A stretch of 64,000 bases of DNA from Thermoflavifilum sp. (lineage in GTDB: Bacteria; Bacteroidota; Bacteroidia; Chitinophagales; Chitinophagaceae). The notes beneath the pieces are model-generated. The model saw only the letters and a list, made by a program, of their open reading frames with translations. It was not told where the DNA came from and did not search any database. The translations under genes were made by a program, and so were the position numbers. Location: NCBI GenBank assembly GCA_023511875.1, contig JAIMAQ010000003.1:189936-253935 (forward strand), given 5' to 3'. This document shows positions 61,402 to 64,000 of the stretch, piece by piece (position 1 is the first letter of the stretch; each line of letters begins with the position of its first letter).

Positions 61402-62013
61402 TTATTTTAGTAAACACTGGCTATACATTTTTTTCCAAGTTTCTGGTACATCTTCCCAGAAATCCACATCTGGCAAGGGCTCTAGCAAAACATATGACAA
61501 GTTCAAAAAGTAAATTTGAGCTAAGGTGTATTTTAACACCTCGGGAGTACTCCATGGTATAGCTTCAAACAATTCTGGTATGGGCTTACGTAATCCCATT
61601 AGATAATAGCCTCCATCAAGAGCTGGACCAATTACCACATCTTGAGCTTGAAGATATCTATACGCATCGTGGATATGAGTAGCATTGAGCAAAGCACAAT
61701 CACTTCCAATGATCACCACTCGTTGATAGCCTAATGAAAATAATTCTTGAAAAGCTGATTTCATTCGAATACCTAGATCCCCAGTGCTTTGGGATCGTTT
61801 GATCACATCTGCTGGCCAAAGATCGTCTTTTACAATTTCATCGGCATAATACACAAATTTATCTGCCTTCACAACACGAGATACTTCTTGAGTGTGTTGC
61901 AACAATTTTTCATAAATCCACAATGCAGCCTGGGCTCCCGCTTGCTGAGCAATTCTGGTCTTGACCTGGCCGGGTTTTAATGCGCGTACAAAAATAATGA
62001 GTGCATCACCCAT
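61402..62013 (-). CDS. DUF2064/TIGR04282-like glycosyltransferase (arsenosugar-cluster type)
   Basis: MGDALIIFVRALKPGQVKTRI is the family-typical N-terminus. The start at 62013 lies 2 nt after the arsS stop, and I prefer it to 62043. Confidence 0.65.
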   Translation of the reverse strand: MGDALIIFVRALKPGQVKTRIAQQAGAQAALWIYEKLLQHTQEVSRVVKADKFVYYADEIVKDDLWPADVIKRSQSTGDLGIRMKSAFQELFSLGYQRVVIIGSDCALLNATHIHDAYRYLQAQDVVIGPALDGGYYLMGLRKPIPELFEAIPWSTPEVLKYTLAQIYFLNLSYVLLEPLPDVDFWEDVPETWKKMYSQCLLK

Positions 62014-62015
62014 GA

Positions 62016-63065
62016 TCAAGATTTTACTATTTGGCCTCCGCAACTAGAACCTGCACCAGCAGTACATCCGTAACAATGTTGGTGAATCACAATTTCTCGC
62101 TGGTTGAGTAGCTCAGGCGAGAACTGACTTATGTGGTGGCCAGCTTGTGAGCGTATGGGTAAATCGAGCATTTGATTAAAATCGCAATCATATAAATATC
62201 CTTCCCAACTTACCGATAGAGTGTTTCGACACATGAGGCCATGAATAGCCGACGGATTGAATGATTGAACCAATTTCAACATGTAATTTTCATAATTACC
62301 AGTAGCTAAAAGGTACTCCAGATATCGGCTAATAGGCATATTGGTAATAACAAATAGTTGATTAAAACGTATTCTATATTCTTCCCATAACACTTGCTGA
62401 TAGGTAGCCTGCAATTCTGCTTGTGAAGCAGGTAAAAAAGCTCCTGCAGGATTATAAACGAGATTAAGTATTAATCCACTTTCTGGCTGTCCATAGCCAA
62501 CTGCGTTGAGCATCTGTAATGCTTTGATAGATTGAGTAAATACCCCTTGCCCACGCTGCTTATCGGTACGATCAGCAGAATAAAATGGCAAAGAAGCTAT
62601 GACCTCCACTTGATGTTTTCGATAAAACTCCGGTAAGTCATGGTATTTTTTATTGGCTAAAATAATCGTGAGATTACAGCGCACCATGATGTGAGCACCA
62701 AGTGCTGCAGCAGATTCAACGAGCCACCGAAAATGAGGATTCATCTCTGGAGCACCTCCCGTGATATCTACAATGGGAATATGATATTTTTCTACAGCTT
62801 GCAAGCAATAAGCCATGGTTTCTTTGGTCATGATTTCATGCCTGTCGGGGCCTGCATCTACATGGCAATGCTTGCATGTTTGATTACACATCTTGCCAAC
62901 ATTTATTTGCAAGATTTCTACTTGCTTAGCTCGTAAAGGATAAGCATTTGCCAGTTTTAATTTTTCTTCAAACGGAGGAACGCCAAGTTCAATAGATTCA
63001 TGCAACACTTGAAGTTGGTTTGCAGGATCTGCTAGAAAGTGATGTTGCGATAATAATGATTTCAT
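62016..63065 (-). CDS. arsS: radical SAM/Cys-rich protein ArsS (arsenosugar biosynthesis type)
   Basis: The radical-SAM motif is CNQTCKHC (CxxxCxxC). The C-terminal Cys-rich tail is HCYGCTAGAGSSCGG, with Cys (TGC) at the position that is Sec in some homologues. Confidence 0.75.
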   Translation of the reverse strand: MKSLLSQHHFLADPANQLQVLHESIELGVPPFEEKLKLANAYPLRAKQVEILQINVGKMCNQTCKHCHVDAGPDRHEIMTKETMAYCLQAVEKYHIPIVDITGGAPEMNPHFRWLVESAAALGAHIMVRCNLTIILANKKYHDLPEFYRKHQVEVIASLPFYSADRTDKQRGQGVFTQSIKALQMLNAVGYGQPESGLILNLVYNPAGAFLPASQAELQATYQQVLWEEYRIRFNQLFVITNMPISRYLEYLLATGNYENYMLKLVQSFNPSAIHGLMCRNTLSVSWEGYLYDCDFNQMLDLPIRSQAGHHISQFSPELLNQREIVIHQHCYGCTAGAGSSCGGQIVKS

Positions 63066-63083
63066 GATGAATCATTTAGTGAA

Positions 63084-63428
63084 TTACATAGCTATTTCCT
63101 TTACTTTATTCATCATTTGAACGCTATGCACCAATGATGCACCTCCGCGAATAGCAGCTGCAACGTGCACAGCCTCCATCATCTGAGCCTCATTCCAACC
63201 TTTGCTGTATGATTCGGTAGTATAGGCATCAATACAATAAGGGCATTGCACGGCATGAGCCACAGCAAGTGCAATCAAAGCTTTTTCTCTGGCAGTTAAT
63301 GCTCCATCTTGGAAGACCTCACCATAGTAAGCAAAAAATTTCTCTGCCAAGGAAGGCTGAAACGACCCGATTTCATTAAATTTAGCTAAATCGTGAGCGT
63401 TGTAGTAATGAGATGTGTTACTCATCAT
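63084..63428 (-). CDS. AhpD/carboxymuconolactone-decarboxylase-like peroxidase-like protein (arsenosugar-cluster associated)
   Basis: AREKALIALAVAHAVQCPYCIDAY carries the CxxC of the AhpD-like fold. It overlaps the upstream gene by 4 nt. Confidence 0.7.
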   Translation of the reverse strand: MMSNTSHYYNAHDLAKFNEIGSFQPSLAEKFFAYYGEVFQDGALTAREKALIALAVAHAVQCPYCIDAYTTESYSKGWNEAQMMEAVHVAAAIRGGASLVHSVQMMNKVKEIAM

Positions 63429-64000
63429 TTATCGTTTTTATAGTGATTTAAATATAATGACCAATCGTAAGATTTAAACTTCACTCGTGGATGAGCATCT
63501 GCAGCAATCAAACCTAATTGTTTCACCAACTCAACCATTTTCTTTTTGCCTCCGAAATCATGTCTAAACCATCCCATAATCGCAGGGAGATATAAAACAT
63601 GATGAATACTATCAACAGTCAATTCATTGAACAAGTAATTTCTCATCGCTAGGTTTAATTGCATATCTATATGCCCTGGATCATAAAAAGCAATAGGTGG
63701 GCAACTTTTCGCCCCACAATTCAATGCAAAATGAATACGATAATCAAGAGTATCCACCCTAAACCGTTTTTCAAAAGAAGATGGAAATAACTTATGGAGA
63801 TAACCTAAACTCCATTTAATAGCCGAACGACGCAATAATCCGTGTTCGATCTCATCTAAGCTAAGGGAATAACCTGCAACATGAATCTGTAAGCTACGAA
63901 AGAATTTTCCCCGATGATGATATAATGAGGTGTCTCGTTGTAACAAAATCTGCACAAATGCATTATAAATGTTTAACCAGAAAGCTTTTTTGTGTGCATC
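63425..64000 (-). CDS. DUF547-domain protein, C-terminal part (gene continues past the window end)
   Basis: The frame stays open to nt 64000 (..DAHKKAFWLNIYNAFVQILLQRD..). KAFWxNxYN and CGAKSCPPI are DUF547 hallmarks. The 'M' at 63955 in the ORF track is an internal GTG. Confidence 0.7.
   Translation of the reverse strand, partial: DAHKKAFWLNIYNAFVQILLQRDTSLYHHRGKFFRSLQIHVAGYSLSLDEIEHGLLRRSAIKWSLGYLHKLFPSSFEKRFRVDTLDYRIHFALNCGAKSCPPIAFYDPGHIDMQLNLAMRNYLFNELTVDSIHHVLYLPAIMGWFRHDFGGKKKMVELVKQLGLIAADAHPRVKFKSYDWSLYLNHYKNDK

Noticed and set aside
62016-62060. In-frame UGA selenocysteine in the ArsS C-terminal GSS(U/C)GG motif
   Set aside because: The codon is TGC (Cys), and the ORF ends at a normal TGA 7 codons later, so no recoding needs to be invoked.

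Overview
This window looks like Bacteroidota chromosomal DNA, probably Chitinophagia or Sphingobacteriia-like. Supporting genes are T9SS/gliding genes (porP/sprF-like, porV, gldJ, a GldA-like ABC ATPase), bacillithiol genes (bshA, bshB1), and a general lack of Shine-Dalgarno sites. Most of it is ordinary housekeeping: eno, dnaB, pheT, rny, zapA, murF, dut, ispF, upp, anmK, nth, bcp, rsmE, apaG, adenine deaminase, a ClC channel and an ECF sigma factor. The clear exception is a visibly AT-rich block at about 6250-14830 holding three tightly packed minus-strand genes. These encode (1) a 1065-aa fusion of a single-HKD PLD nuclease domain to an SNF2-type helicase, (2) a 1030-aa Eco57I/MmeI-like gamma-class N6-adenine DNA methyltransferase with a long C-terminal specificity region, and (3) a 756-aa ABC/SMC-like ATPase with a coiled-coil CxxC hook and a PrrC/RloC-type C-terminal motif. 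I read this as a restriction-like module guarded by an anticodon-nuclease-like protein. The architecture does not fit canonical type I-IV R-M, BREX or DISARM, so it is the best candidate for a new or hybrid defence system. Its left junction carries an orphan 3-prime tail of a second, related methyltransferase (not in the ORF track) and a nested array of hairpin-containing repeats. Its right junction is about 620 bp with no convincing gene. Other points of note are a DnaA-box-like cluster between dnaB and pheT and an arsenosugar-type (ArsS radical-SAM) cluster at the right edge. I found no rRNA, tRNA, CRISPR array or transposase. All functional calls come from motif reading by eye, not from database searches.
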